Position numbers and translations under genes: made by a program
Part shown: positions 44,681-52,632 of the stretch, in pieces
Layout: every line of letters begins with the position of its first letter
How positions within the stretch are numbered: position 1 is the first letter of the stretch
Origin: Rickettsiales bacterium
Lineage (GTDB): Bacteria > Pseudomonadota > Alphaproteobacteria > Rickettsiales > UBA1997
Assembly (NCBI GenBank): GCA_031287725.1
Contig: JAITSP010000026.1
Location: forward strand, 1-58,922
Direction: 5' to 3'
Length of the DNA stretch: 58,922 nucleotides
Notes under the pieces: model-generated
Database searches by the model: none
Told to the model about the DNA's origin: nothing
What the model saw: the letters and a program-made list of their open reading frames with translations, nothing else

Positions 44681-45602
44681 AAAAATTTTGGGGCACAGCC
44701 CAGTGATGCTGGAGGAGGTTCTGGCCATCCTGGCTCCAGGAGATGGGGAACTGCTGCTGGATGCCACCTTCGGAGCTGGCGGTTACACGAAGGCTCTGCT
44801 AGACGCCAATGACTCCTGCCGAGTTGTGGCCCTGGACAGGGACGAGAATGTTAGGGAATTCGCCAGAGATGTGAAAAACACCTACGGCGACAGATTTGAA
44901 TTCCATAATATCCTCTTCAGCGAAGCCAGCAGCCTTCTGGGAGGCGGTAGCCTAGCTGGGCTGGTGCTGGATCTGGGTGTCTCGTCCATGCAGCTGGAGG
45001 ATGGGCGAAGGGGTTTTTCCTTTGCTAGAGAGGCTAGCCTGCTGATGACCATGGGGAAAAACAGTCTGACCGCCTATGACGTGGTTAACGGCTTCGGCGA
45101 AGAAGAGTTGGCCTCCCTCATCTACAGCTATGGAGAGGAGCCCAGGAGTAGGGTCATAGCCAGAAGGATCGTCAGCCGTAGAAAGCTAAAGACTCTGGAA
45201 ACAACGCTGGAACTGGCCACCCTGGTCAGAGGCTGCTTTAGAGGAAGGGGGAAAATAGATAATGCCACAAGGGTGTTTCAGGCCATTAGAATTTTTGTCA
45301 ATGACGAGCTGGAAGAGCTAAGGAAAATACTCAGAGACTCGCTGGATCTGCTGGGAAAGGGCGGCCGTCTGGTGGCCGTGAGTTTTAATTCTCTAGAGGA
45401 CAGAATCGTCAAGAGATTTTTCACGGAAAATGGAAATCTAAGACCCAGGAAGAACAACAAATATGGTCCTAGTCCCAGGGAGAGCGAGGTGGTGGCAAAC
45501 TTCAGTGTCCCACTGAGGAAACCGCTGCTCCCCTCCGAGGCTGAGGTCCGGAGGAATCCTAGAGCTAGATCGGCTAAGCTCAGATGGGGGTTGAGGTGCT
45601 GA
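44670..45602 (+). CDS. rsmH: 16S rRNA (cytosine1402-N4)-methyltransferase RsmH
   Basis: 'HSPVMLEEVL', 'DATFGAGGYTKALL', 'LDLGVSSMQLE' and 'SFNSLEDRIVKRFF'. Start at MQNEK (44670); the ORF track gives 44643. Confidence 0.92.
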   Translation: MQNEKILGHSPVMLEEVLAILAPGDGELLLDATFGAGGYTKALLDANDSCRVVALDRDENVREFARDVKNTYGDRFEFHNILFSEASSLLGGGSLAGLVLDLGVSSMQLEDGRRGFSFAREASLLMTMGKNSLTAYDVVNGFGEEELASLIYSYGEEPRSRVIARRIVSRRKLKTLETTLELATLVRGCFRGRGKIDNATRVFQAIRIFVNDELEELRKILRDSLDLLGKGGRLVAVSFNSLEDRIVKRFFTENGNLRPRKNNKYGPSPRESEVVANFSVPLRKPLLPSEAEVRRNPRARSAKLRWGLRC

Positions 45603-45934
45603 TGACCATTCTGGAGAATTTCAGAAATACACTGGCCATTCTGAACCTAGGCCTCTTCCTGGGCCTTGTCTACACCAAAAAGAAGGGATTCTCCAGGAGG
45701 AGGGAGATAGCTACTGTGGAAATTTCACTGAGGGGTGTCCAGAGGGAGATTGATGGCCTCGATCTGGAAATATCCTATCTGACGAATCCCGAAAGGCTAA
45801 GGTCAATCTGCGCCGATCTAGATGGTCCCCCGAAACACATAGTGGGCAGGGATGAGATAAGGGTTCTCGATGAGCTAATACCATTCTATCGCATGCAGCA
45901 GGAAAAGACGGCCAGCTCCTTTGGTCTAGAATGA
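45602..45934 (+). CDS. ftsL: cell division protein FtsL-like (small bitopic membrane protein)
   Basis: About 110 aa with a single TM ('LAILNLGLFLGLVY') followed by a coiled segment. Sits in the conserved slot between rsmH and ftsI, with start/stop overlaps on both sides (TGATG, ATGA). Confidence 0.55.
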   Translation: MTILENFRNTLAILNLGLFLGLVYTKKKGFSRRREIATVEISLRGVQREIDGLDLEISYLTNPERLRSICADLDGPPKHIVGRDEIRVLDELIPFYRMQQEKTASSFGLE

Positions 45935-47490
45935 ATTCCCGGGATATAAAGGTTTCACTGCTCGCCACGGCGCTGGCCCTGCTGTTCTCTACAATTACGG
46001 CAAGAATGTTTATCCTGACGGTGCTACGCTACAATCTCCAGTCGGACGAGAGAAATCCTTTCTATCTGGACAGAGCCAGAAGGCTGAGCATAGTGGATAG
46101 AAACTATAATCTGATAGCCAGCGACATAGACACGAAGACTCTCTACATCAATGGGAATCTGCTGGAGGACGAGGCAGCGGTAGCCAGGAAACTCTCGGAG
46201 GTGATTGGCATGCCCTACGAGCAGATCTACAGCAGACTGACCAGCAGAAATGCAAGGAATAGGTATATTCTGATAAAGAGACACCTGTTTCCTGGGGAGG
46301 AGAGCAGAGTGAGGCAGCTGCCCATAGCCTCTCTGGTATTTGAGGATAGTCTCCTGAGGTACTATCCCCAGGATAATTTATTTTCCCACGTGGTTGGCTA
46401 TGTCAACGCCGATGGCAGAGGAATGCTTGGACTGGAGGAATACTATGATGTCTATCTCCGCAGTAGAAAGAGTGGACAGCTCAGATCGACATTGGATGTG
46501 AGGGTCCAGAGTGTTCTCCGGGAGGAGCTCCTCAGAGCCAGAGAATTCTACAGATCCGGTTTTGCGGTGGCCATAGTGGCGGAGATAGCTACAGGCAACG
46601 TAGTTGCCATGGTTTCTCTGCCAGATTTCAATCCGAACGATCCTAGTGACCGCCTGGACACATTTAACCATGCCACCTACGGAAACTACGAACTTGGCTC
46701 TGTGCTGAAGGTGCTCACTCTGGCTAATGGGCTGGAGCTGGGGCTGATAGATGAAAATAGTAGTTTTGATGTCAGCAGGAGCATAGGACATGGCAAATTT
46801 CTCATAGGAGACATTGATTCTCTGAGGAGAAGGGGAACACTCACCAGCGGAGAGGTGCTGGCCCTGTCATCAAACGTTGGTATAGCTCTGATTGCCAAAA
46901 AGATAGGAATAGCCAGACAGCTGGAGTTTTTTGAAAGTGTCGGCCTGTTGGAAAAGCTTGACACTGACATCGGCCAACTCTCTCTGCCGCTGCAGCCTCG
47001 AAAGTGGAAGGACATGAATCTGATCACCATAGCCTACGGCTACGGTCTGGCCGTCTCCCCACTCCATGTGCTGAGTGCTCTGGGAGGTCTGGTGGGTGGC
47101 ACCATAGTGCCACCCCGGTTCACCTACGAATTCAAATCCCAGAGAAAGGCAAGGAAGATGTCCAGAAAAACCACCGAGCTCATTAGAAAATTTCTGAGGC
47201 TAGCTGTCACGGAGGGCACTGGAAAGCTTGCCAACGTCAGCGGCTACAACATCGGTGGAAAAACCGGAACGGCGAGGAAAATGATGGCCGGAGCCTATCG
47301 GAAGGGAGCCCATCTGGCTTCGTTTTTCGGTGCTCTGCCGATGGACAATCCAAGGTATAGCATAATTGTCGTTATCGATAGGCCCAGGGAAACCCCGGAC
47401 AGGGGAATGGATGGCACCGGTGGCACCGTGGCCACCGTCATAGCTAGAAACATCATAGTGGGGATAACACCCTTCCTTGAGCTGAAGTAA
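45931..47490 (+). CDS. ftsI: penicillin-binding protein 3-type transpeptidase (FtsI)
   Basis: 519 aa with an N-terminal TM. Transpeptidase motifs SxxK 'GSVLKV', SxN 'SSNVG' and KTG 'GKTGTA'. Confidence 0.88.
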   Translation: MNSRDIKVSLLATALALLFSTITARMFILTVLRYNLQSDERNPFYLDRARRLSIVDRNYNLIASDIDTKTLYINGNLLEDEAAVARKLSEVIGMPYEQIYSRLTSRNARNRYILIKRHLFPGEESRVRQLPIASLVFEDSLLRYYPQDNLFSHVVGYVNADGRGMLGLEEYYDVYLRSRKSGQLRSTLDVRVQSVLREELLRAREFYRSGFAVAIVAEIATGNVVAMVSLPDFNPNDPSDRLDTFNHATYGNYELGSVLKVLTLANGLELGLIDENSSFDVSRSIGHGKFLIGDIDSLRRRGTLTSGEVLALSSNVGIALIAKKIGIARQLEFFESVGLLEKLDTDIGQLSLPLQPRKWKDMNLITIAYGYGLAVSPLHVLSALGGLVGGTIVPPRFTYEFKSQRKARKMSRKTTELIRKFLRLAVTEGTGKLANVSGYNIGGKTGTARKMMAGAYRKGAHLASFFGALPMDNPRYSIIVVIDRPRETPDRGMDGTGGTVATVIARNIIVGITPFLELK

Positions 47491-47695
47491 ATCTGGGAAA
47501 CCTCTCTGACTCTCCTCTGGACCGAGTCTCTTTCCGCTGAGATGCCAGGTGAGTGCGGACAGGGGGGTAGAATAGGCTAGATTTGGTCCAATCCGTGGCG
47601 GTTGTATTTGTCCTGCCCACAGAAGTCCTAGACTTTGGGTTGAAATTTAACCGAACACCGCTAGAGTTGCGGCAATAAATTGAAATTAGAATTTT

Positions 47696-47977
47696 ATGGG
47701 ATGCAGCGGAAATTGTAGTGAGATTGGTTCCTGCAGAAAAAATTCGCTAAGGCTAAGTGCCCTGGCTGTGGGTGACGAGGCTGTGGTGGTGGACGTGGTG
47801 GCGGAGAGGGACACAAGGCTTAGAATCATGGAGATGGGGCTGGTGAGGATGACGAGACTGAGGATAACAAAAAAATCTCCCATGGGAGACCCTATATCCA
47901 TAAGAATCAGAGGCTATGAGCTAATGCTCAGAAGTAGAGAGGCGGAGAATATCATTGTGAACAGATTCACGGACTAG
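47696..47977 (+). CDS. feoA: ferrous iron transport protein A
   Basis: 93 aa. 'LSALAVGDEAVVVDV...RLRIMEMGLVRMTRLRI...PMGDPISIRIRGYELMLRSREAENI' is the FeoA SH3-like domain. Immediately upstream of feoB. Confidence 0.8.
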   Translation: MGCSGNCSEIGSCRKNSLRLSALAVGDEAVVVDVVAERDTRLRIMEMGLVRMTRLRITKKSPMGDPISIRIRGYELMLRSREAENIIVNRFTD

Positions 47978-47984
47978 CTCTGGG

Positions 47985-50078
47985 ATGCTGAAGAATAATT
48001 TTATCATTGCTCTAGTGGGTAACCCCAATACGGGTAAAACATCGCTCTTTAACGCTCTGGCTGGCCAGAACCAGAAGGTTGGCAACTGGGCTGGGGTTAC
48101 TGTGGAGAGCAGAGGCGGAGTAATCTTCGAGGATGAGAGCACTAGGCTGATCCTGGTGGATCTGCCAGGGCTCTACTCTCTCAGGACAAAGTCCCAGGAT
48201 GAGGAGGTGGCCTCAAAATTTATCCTCGAAAATTCCCTGGCACTGGTGGTGGTGGTGTTAGATTCTTCGAGGCTGGAGAGAAGTCTCTACCTCTACAGCC
48301 AGCTAAAGGAGCTGGGCCATAGAACCCTGGTAATTCTGAACATGAACGATGTGGCTATGTCTGAGGGTATTTTTGTTGGCACCGAGAGGCTAGCGAAGAT
48401 AATCGGCTGTCCAGTGGTGAAAACTGTGGCAAACAAACCGATGGATGTGGAAAATCTGAAGAAAGCTCTGAGGGCCTCGCTGGAGGGGGAGCAGACGGTC
48501 CAGGCGCCCTACTTTCGGGAGGCTCTGGCCGACGTTCTGGAAAAAATCAAGTCACAGCTACAGGATGAGGACATCGGAAAAATCATCAGCCATAGCCATG
48601 AGAATAGTCGAAGATCCTTCGGGAACGTATACTCTGGCCACATCAGCCGGGCTGACTATGTGGAGAATTTGAAAAATGCCGTCTCTCTGAAGCTACTGGA
48701 GGGTAAGTCTAGCTGGGCTGGTCGTCTGGCCAATGGCCAGGAGATAGAAAAAACAATAGGAGAGGCTAGCGCTAGACTGGAATCGGAGGTCGGGCTGGAT
48801 CTCCAGACGATGCTGATAGAGGATCGCTGGAACTTTGTGCATGGCATTGCCTCCAGAGCTGTCCGGAGAATAGCCCAGGAATCAACCATTTCGGAAAAAA
48901 TAGACAAAATTCTACTGAACAGGTTCGCCGGAATCCCGATTTTTATTCTGGTCATGTTCCTAGTTTTTAGCCTTGTGTTCAGACTTGGTAAACCTGTGGT
49001 TAGTCTGAGTGAAGCAATTCTTCGCAGAATCTCTAGCTCTCTAGCCCTATTTCTCGGGGCCCGGAACACCCCTCCGCTGCTTCTATCGCTTGTTGTGGAT
49101 GGCCTAGTGAACGGGGTTGGCACTGTCATCGCATTTTTCCCGAATATTTTTCTACTGTTCACGTTTCTCGGACTCCTGGAGGATAGCGGCTACTTCTCAA
49201 GGGGAACATTTCTCATAGACCGGGCAATGACGGCCATTGGACTCGAGGGCAAGAGCTTCATTCCCCTGCTGATGGGATTTGGCTGCTCCGTTCCGGCTAT
49301 GATGGGCACAAGAATTTTGGACAGAAGAAGAGATAGGATCCTGACCATGCTTGTGATACCGTTCATCTCCTGCTCTGCCAAGCTACCGATTTTTGTTCTC
49401 TTCGCCTCGGTGTTTTTTCCAGAGAGGGCGGCGGCCGTGGTGCTTCTGCTGTACGCCATTGGCTTTGGCGGAGTGCTGCTGGCGGCGAAGATTTTCAGCA
49501 AAACTCTTCTGAAAAACCGCTACCCATCCTCTCTATTCGTTGAGTTGCCAGCCTATCATCTGCCGATGGTGCGGAATGTCCTGGGCTATGGACTTCGCAA
49601 CGGCTGGGAATTCCTCAAAAGTGCCAGCACCTACATTATGGCCGGAATTTTGGTGGTCTGGGGTCTGAGTAGTCTGCCGCTAGGGGTTGAATATGCCTCG
49701 GAACAGAGTCTACTTGGGCTGACGGGGAGTAAATTGGCGCTTCTATTCAGATACACGGGCTATGGCTTCTGGCAGGCTGCCGTTGCGCTAATATTTGGCC
49801 TCATGGCAAAGGAAATCGTTGTCAGTTCGCTGGTCACCCTTCTGCCCACGGGGGGTGATAGTCTGGCAGTGACTCTGGGAAAGTATTTCACGCCCCTCTC
49901 TGCTCTTTCGTTCCTCATCACCATACTCCTCTATCCGCCCTGCATCAGTTCGATCATTGTCTTTAGAAGGGAAACAAAATCTCTGGGCTGGACTGTCTTT
50001 CTGGTTGCCTACACATTTCTGACTGCGGTCACGGTGTCAACCATCTTCTACCAGGTTGGAAGACTCCTGCACTTTTGA
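47985..50078 (+). CDS. feoB: ferrous iron transporter FeoB
   Basis: 697 aa. N-terminal G domain 'ALVGNPNTGKTSLFNAL', 'DLPG' and 'NMND', followed by a polytopic membrane domain. Confidence 0.95.
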   Translation: MLKNNFIIALVGNPNTGKTSLFNALAGQNQKVGNWAGVTVESRGGVIFEDESTRLILVDLPGLYSLRTKSQDEEVASKFILENSLALVVVVLDSSRLERSLYLYSQLKELGHRTLVILNMNDVAMSEGIFVGTERLAKIIGCPVVKTVANKPMDVENLKKALRASLEGEQTVQAPYFREALADVLEKIKSQLQDEDIGKIISHSHENSRRSFGNVYSGHISRADYVENLKNAVSLKLLEGKSSWAGRLANGQEIEKTIGEASARLESEVGLDLQTMLIEDRWNFVHGIASRAVRRIAQESTISEKIDKILLNRFAGIPIFILVMFLVFSLVFRLGKPVVSLSEAILRRISSSLALFLGARNTPPLLLSLVVDGLVNGVGTVIAFFPNIFLLFTFLGLLEDSGYFSRGTFLIDRAMTAIGLEGKSFIPLLMGFGCSVPAMMGTRILDRRRDRILTMLVIPFISCSAKLPIFVLFASVFFPERAAAVVLLLYAIGFGGVLLAAKIFSKTLLKNRYPSSLFVELPAYHLPMVRNVLGYGLRNGWEFLKSASTYIMAGILVVWGLSSLPLGVEYASEQSLLGLTGSKLALLFRYTGYGFWQAAVALIFGLMAKEIVVSSLVTLLPTGGDSLAVTLGKYFTPLSALSFLITILLYPPCISSIIVFRRETKSLGWTVFLVAYTFLTAVTVSTIFYQVGRLLHF

Positions 50079-50216
50079 CCCGACCCAGGCCCCCCGGGCC
50101 CCGGTGTCCCCCTGAACTTCCCTCGGAAAATAGTCCACCCAGGCTGACAGGATGGAGAACAGGACTCCGAGGGGAAAAGTTTTGGAAGGGTAAGCTCTCT
50201 CTCTAGGGGATTTTAT

Positions 50217-51524
50217 TTATCTAGTCTCTGGCTCCTCCGCCTCCCTCTCCCTTGCCTTTTCCATTCTTTCTTCCCTTTCCCTCTGATACCTTGCCGCCTC
50301 GCTGAGGACAAAGTCTCTGTCTTTTCTATCGATTAGAATAAATACCCTTCGGTTGTATATGCTATTCAGTATGTCAAAAAATGCACTCCTTTCATAGTCG
50401 TTCTCTGGCAGAATGGACTGTACATTCTTAAAGTATAGGAAGAGTAGCTCATAGTCTAAGTTGTCGTACCTCATCCATTCAAAATCATTTATGTATTCTT
50501 CAAGGGCATCTAGATTCCTACCAAAATAGCGAGGAAATTGCATTCTGTCTGATATTTCACTATAGAATGCGTCTAGTCCTCCGCAACGTTTACCTTCCAT
50601 CACCGTAAAAAAAATGTCCCTAGCCAGCGCTAGGTCTCTGGCGCTCTCGATAAAAAGTATTTGTCCGTGCTGCTCTGTATTTTTGGCAAATCTGCTGCGA
50701 TATTTTCTATAGGAATCTAGCTGGGATAGGAAGTAATCCCTCTGGGATTTGTCAAAGACAAAGAACACTCTGTCATTTTTCAGACTGCAGAGCATGTCAA
50801 AGAACATGGCTCTAAAATAGCCATCGGCTTTGGCCGGAAGGATTTTATCTATGTCGCTAATGTAAATGTAGATAAAATCATATTCCGAACCGCTTCCGCT
50901 GCCCAATAGGACGGGGTCATTCAGGTATTGCTCCAGTTCGTCGAAGGTGTCATGGAGAGAAGAGGGTGCACCTAGCCTGCCTAGGAACTCTCCTGGCAGA
51001 TAATCCCCGTTCCCAAAGGACTCACCATCAAAACTAACAAAAAGTACTCTTCCGCTGTTCTCCAGGGCACAGAGGAAACTATTCAGATTTTCTGGAAAAA
51101 TGACATTTTTATAGCTATTATCTTTGTCATACATTTTTATTTCGTCTCCCTCTGGGATTTTCTCACAGTCACGGCTGTACCTTCCATCTCTCCTATCTAT
51201 GCCAGCTGTTGGCGTAGCTTTTTTAGCCTCGCTCCGGGGATTCAAATTAAATGACCTGTAGTCACCACCCTCAGGAAGTTTTTTTTCTCTGTTGCGGTAT
51301 ATTTTCCTACCCATACGGCCTTCTTTGGCATTTTTCATGGTTTCATCAACCATGCTTTTGATTTTTTTTTTCTTTTTCTCCGCTAGAGTACCCATCCTAG
51401 TCACGTCCTTTGTAAAATACTTCGTCCGGACGGACGGAATGGAGTACAGGACTCCGAGAAGGAAAGTTAGAATGGTAAATCTTCCTGGGATTTTCATATG
51501 TATGCCTTTTCCACTATTGTTCAT
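50217..51524 (-). CDS. membrane-anchored protein with two barstar-like (RNase-inhibitor fold) domains
   Basis: 435 aa. N-terminal TM 'FTILTFLLGVLYSIPSV' and a K-rich linker. Domain 2, 'MQFPRYFGRNLDALEEYINDFEW...YELLFLYFKN...FFDILNSIYNRRVFILID', closely follows the barstar pattern (LPxYYGxNLDALWDxL...). Domain 1, 'LHDTFDELEQYLND...FIYIYISD...MFFDMLCSLKNDRVFFVFD', is a degenerate copy. Confidence 0.6.
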   Translation of the reverse strand: MNNSGKGIHMKIPGRFTILTFLLGVLYSIPSVRTKYFTKDVTRMGTLAEKKKKKIKSMVDETMKNAKEGRMGRKIYRNREKKLPEGGDYRSFNLNPRSEAKKATPTAGIDRRDGRYSRDCEKIPEGDEIKMYDKDNSYKNVIFPENLNSFLCALENSGRVLFVSFDGESFGNGDYLPGEFLGRLGAPSSLHDTFDELEQYLNDPVLLGSGSGSEYDFIYIYISDIDKILPAKADGYFRAMFFDMLCSLKNDRVFFVFDKSQRDYFLSQLDSYRKYRSRFAKNTEQHGQILFIESARDLALARDIFFTVMEGKRCGGLDAFYSEISDRMQFPRYFGRNLDALEEYINDFEWMRYDNLDYELLFLYFKNVQSILPENDYERSAFFDILNSIYNRRVFILIDRKDRDFVLSEAARYQREREERMEKAREREAEEPETR

Positions 51525-51729
51525 GCTTTTCCGAAGGCTTCAGCCAACCGTTCTCTCTGCATATTTTGATCAATTCCCCGAAAATCCTGAATACTTCCAC
51601 CCGGTAGGCTAGACTATCCCTTCTGCCGATAAGTTCATCCCTATGGACGCCAAAACTTTCGTTATCTCTGACCACAAAGTCTCCTCTGAGGTATTCTAGT
51701 AGAATTTTTCTGTATTCTCCAACGTCCAT
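51514..51729 (-). CDS. small hypothetical protein (possibly a partial barstar-like domain)
   Basis: 71-aa ORF overlapping the start of the barstar-like gene by 11 nt. 'EYRKILLEYLRGDFVVRD...VEVFRIFGELIKICRENG' loosely parallels the second half of the barstar-like repeats. Coding status is uncertain. Confidence 0.3.
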   Translation of the reverse strand: MDVGEYRKILLEYLRGDFVVRDNESFGVHRDELIGRRDSLAYRVEVFRIFGELIKICRENGWLKPSEKHEQ

Positions 51730-52291
51730 GAGAGCGATTCCTCCGGGTTCCTACAGTCGCTAATGCTAATCAAGCCAATTTTTTAAGTAAATACTATCCT
51801 TAGTTTGGAGTTCTCATATCTTTGGAAAAACGACTAGCTAGTAAAATTAATTCCCCAGTCTCACCGGTGACGCAAAATTACTTTCTAGTACCGCAGCTCC
51901 ATTATATTTTGCCGTAGCTAGTAGTCGATCCTGGAGGCCGGGAGGTAGTTTGAAGCTAGTGTCACAGGGCTATTCTCTCGTTTCGTTTACTAGGACCTTC
52001 CCAAGGTCTTCAATGGCGCCATGTCTGGGAGTGCTATCTCCACTAGCTAGGGCTAAATGAATTTTTTCTACAGACCACCGCCAGGCTATTCCATAAATAT
52101 TCCACCACCCCGGATCCCCTCTGGTGAGCGGAGGTAGTCCGCAGGCAGAATTGTGCCTTTGACCCTGAGAAGGAAATATAATTAGTGGAATGATTTTTAG
52201 ACTAGATTTTTTATTTTGGCACTCTATGCTGATGGCGACGACTGCATTTTGAGGCGGTTTTTTAAATTTTAATAAACTCAAAAGGTTAGAG

Positions 52292-52624
52292 ATGGCCAGT
52301 GTTACGAAGGAAGTGAAGAAGAAGCTAATAGATAGGTTTGCCGTTGGGGATAGTGACACCGGATCCGTAGAGGTCCAGTGTGCAATTATAACCGAAAGGA
52401 TAAAAAATCTGACTGAGCATGCAAAGGTCCACGCAAAGGATTTTTCCTCTAGAAATGGGCTGATGGTTCTGGTTGCCAGGAAGAAGAGACTACTTAAGTA
52501 TTTACAGAGACAATCACCCGAAAGATACCAAAAATTGGTGAGGGCCCTAGATTCCAGAGGAACTAAAGCCAAAGGTAGCGTAAGTGGCGAAGGGGTTGGA
52601 TCTGAACCGAGTAAAAACCATTAG
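52292..52624 (+). CDS. rpsO: 30S ribosomal protein S15
   Basis: 'DTGSVEVQCAIITERIKNLTEHAKVHAKDFSSRNGLMVLVARKKRLLKYLQRQSPERYQKLVRAL' is S15, with about 20 extra C-terminal residues. Followed by pnp, as is usual. Confidence 0.92.
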   Translation: MASVTKEVKKKLIDRFAVGDSDTGSVEVQCAIITERIKNLTEHAKVHAKDFSSRNGLMVLVARKKRLLKYLQRQSPERYQKLVRALDSRGTKAKGSVSGEGVGSEPSKNH

Positions 52625-52632
52625 GAAATTAA

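Noticed and set aside
47640-47695. An A/T-rich stretch 'gcaataaattgaaattagaatttt' just upstream of feoA, considered as a Fur box.
   Set aside because: It matches the 19-bp Fur consensus poorly in any register. It lacks dyad symmetry, and iron regulators and their sites vary among alphaproteobacteria.
50079-50115. A GC-rich near-palindrome 'ggccccccgggccccgg' after feoB, considered as another terminator hairpin.
   Set aside because: The arms are short and imperfect compared with the other perfect 14-19-bp stems, so it is not reported as a feature.
52100-52180. 'tggtgagcggaggtagtccgcaggcagaattgtgcctttgaccctgagaaggaa', inspected for SRP (4.5S) RNA domain IV similarity.
   Set aside because: The conserved GGAA tetraloop/AGCAGC symmetric-loop motif is not reproduced on either strand. 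The resemblance is superficial.
52560-52624. About 20 extra C-terminal residues on S15 (GTKAKGSVSGEGVGSEPSKNH).
   Set aside because: This is probably a genuine but unremarkable low-complexity extension, or a slightly late stop. It has no structure or motif to interpret.
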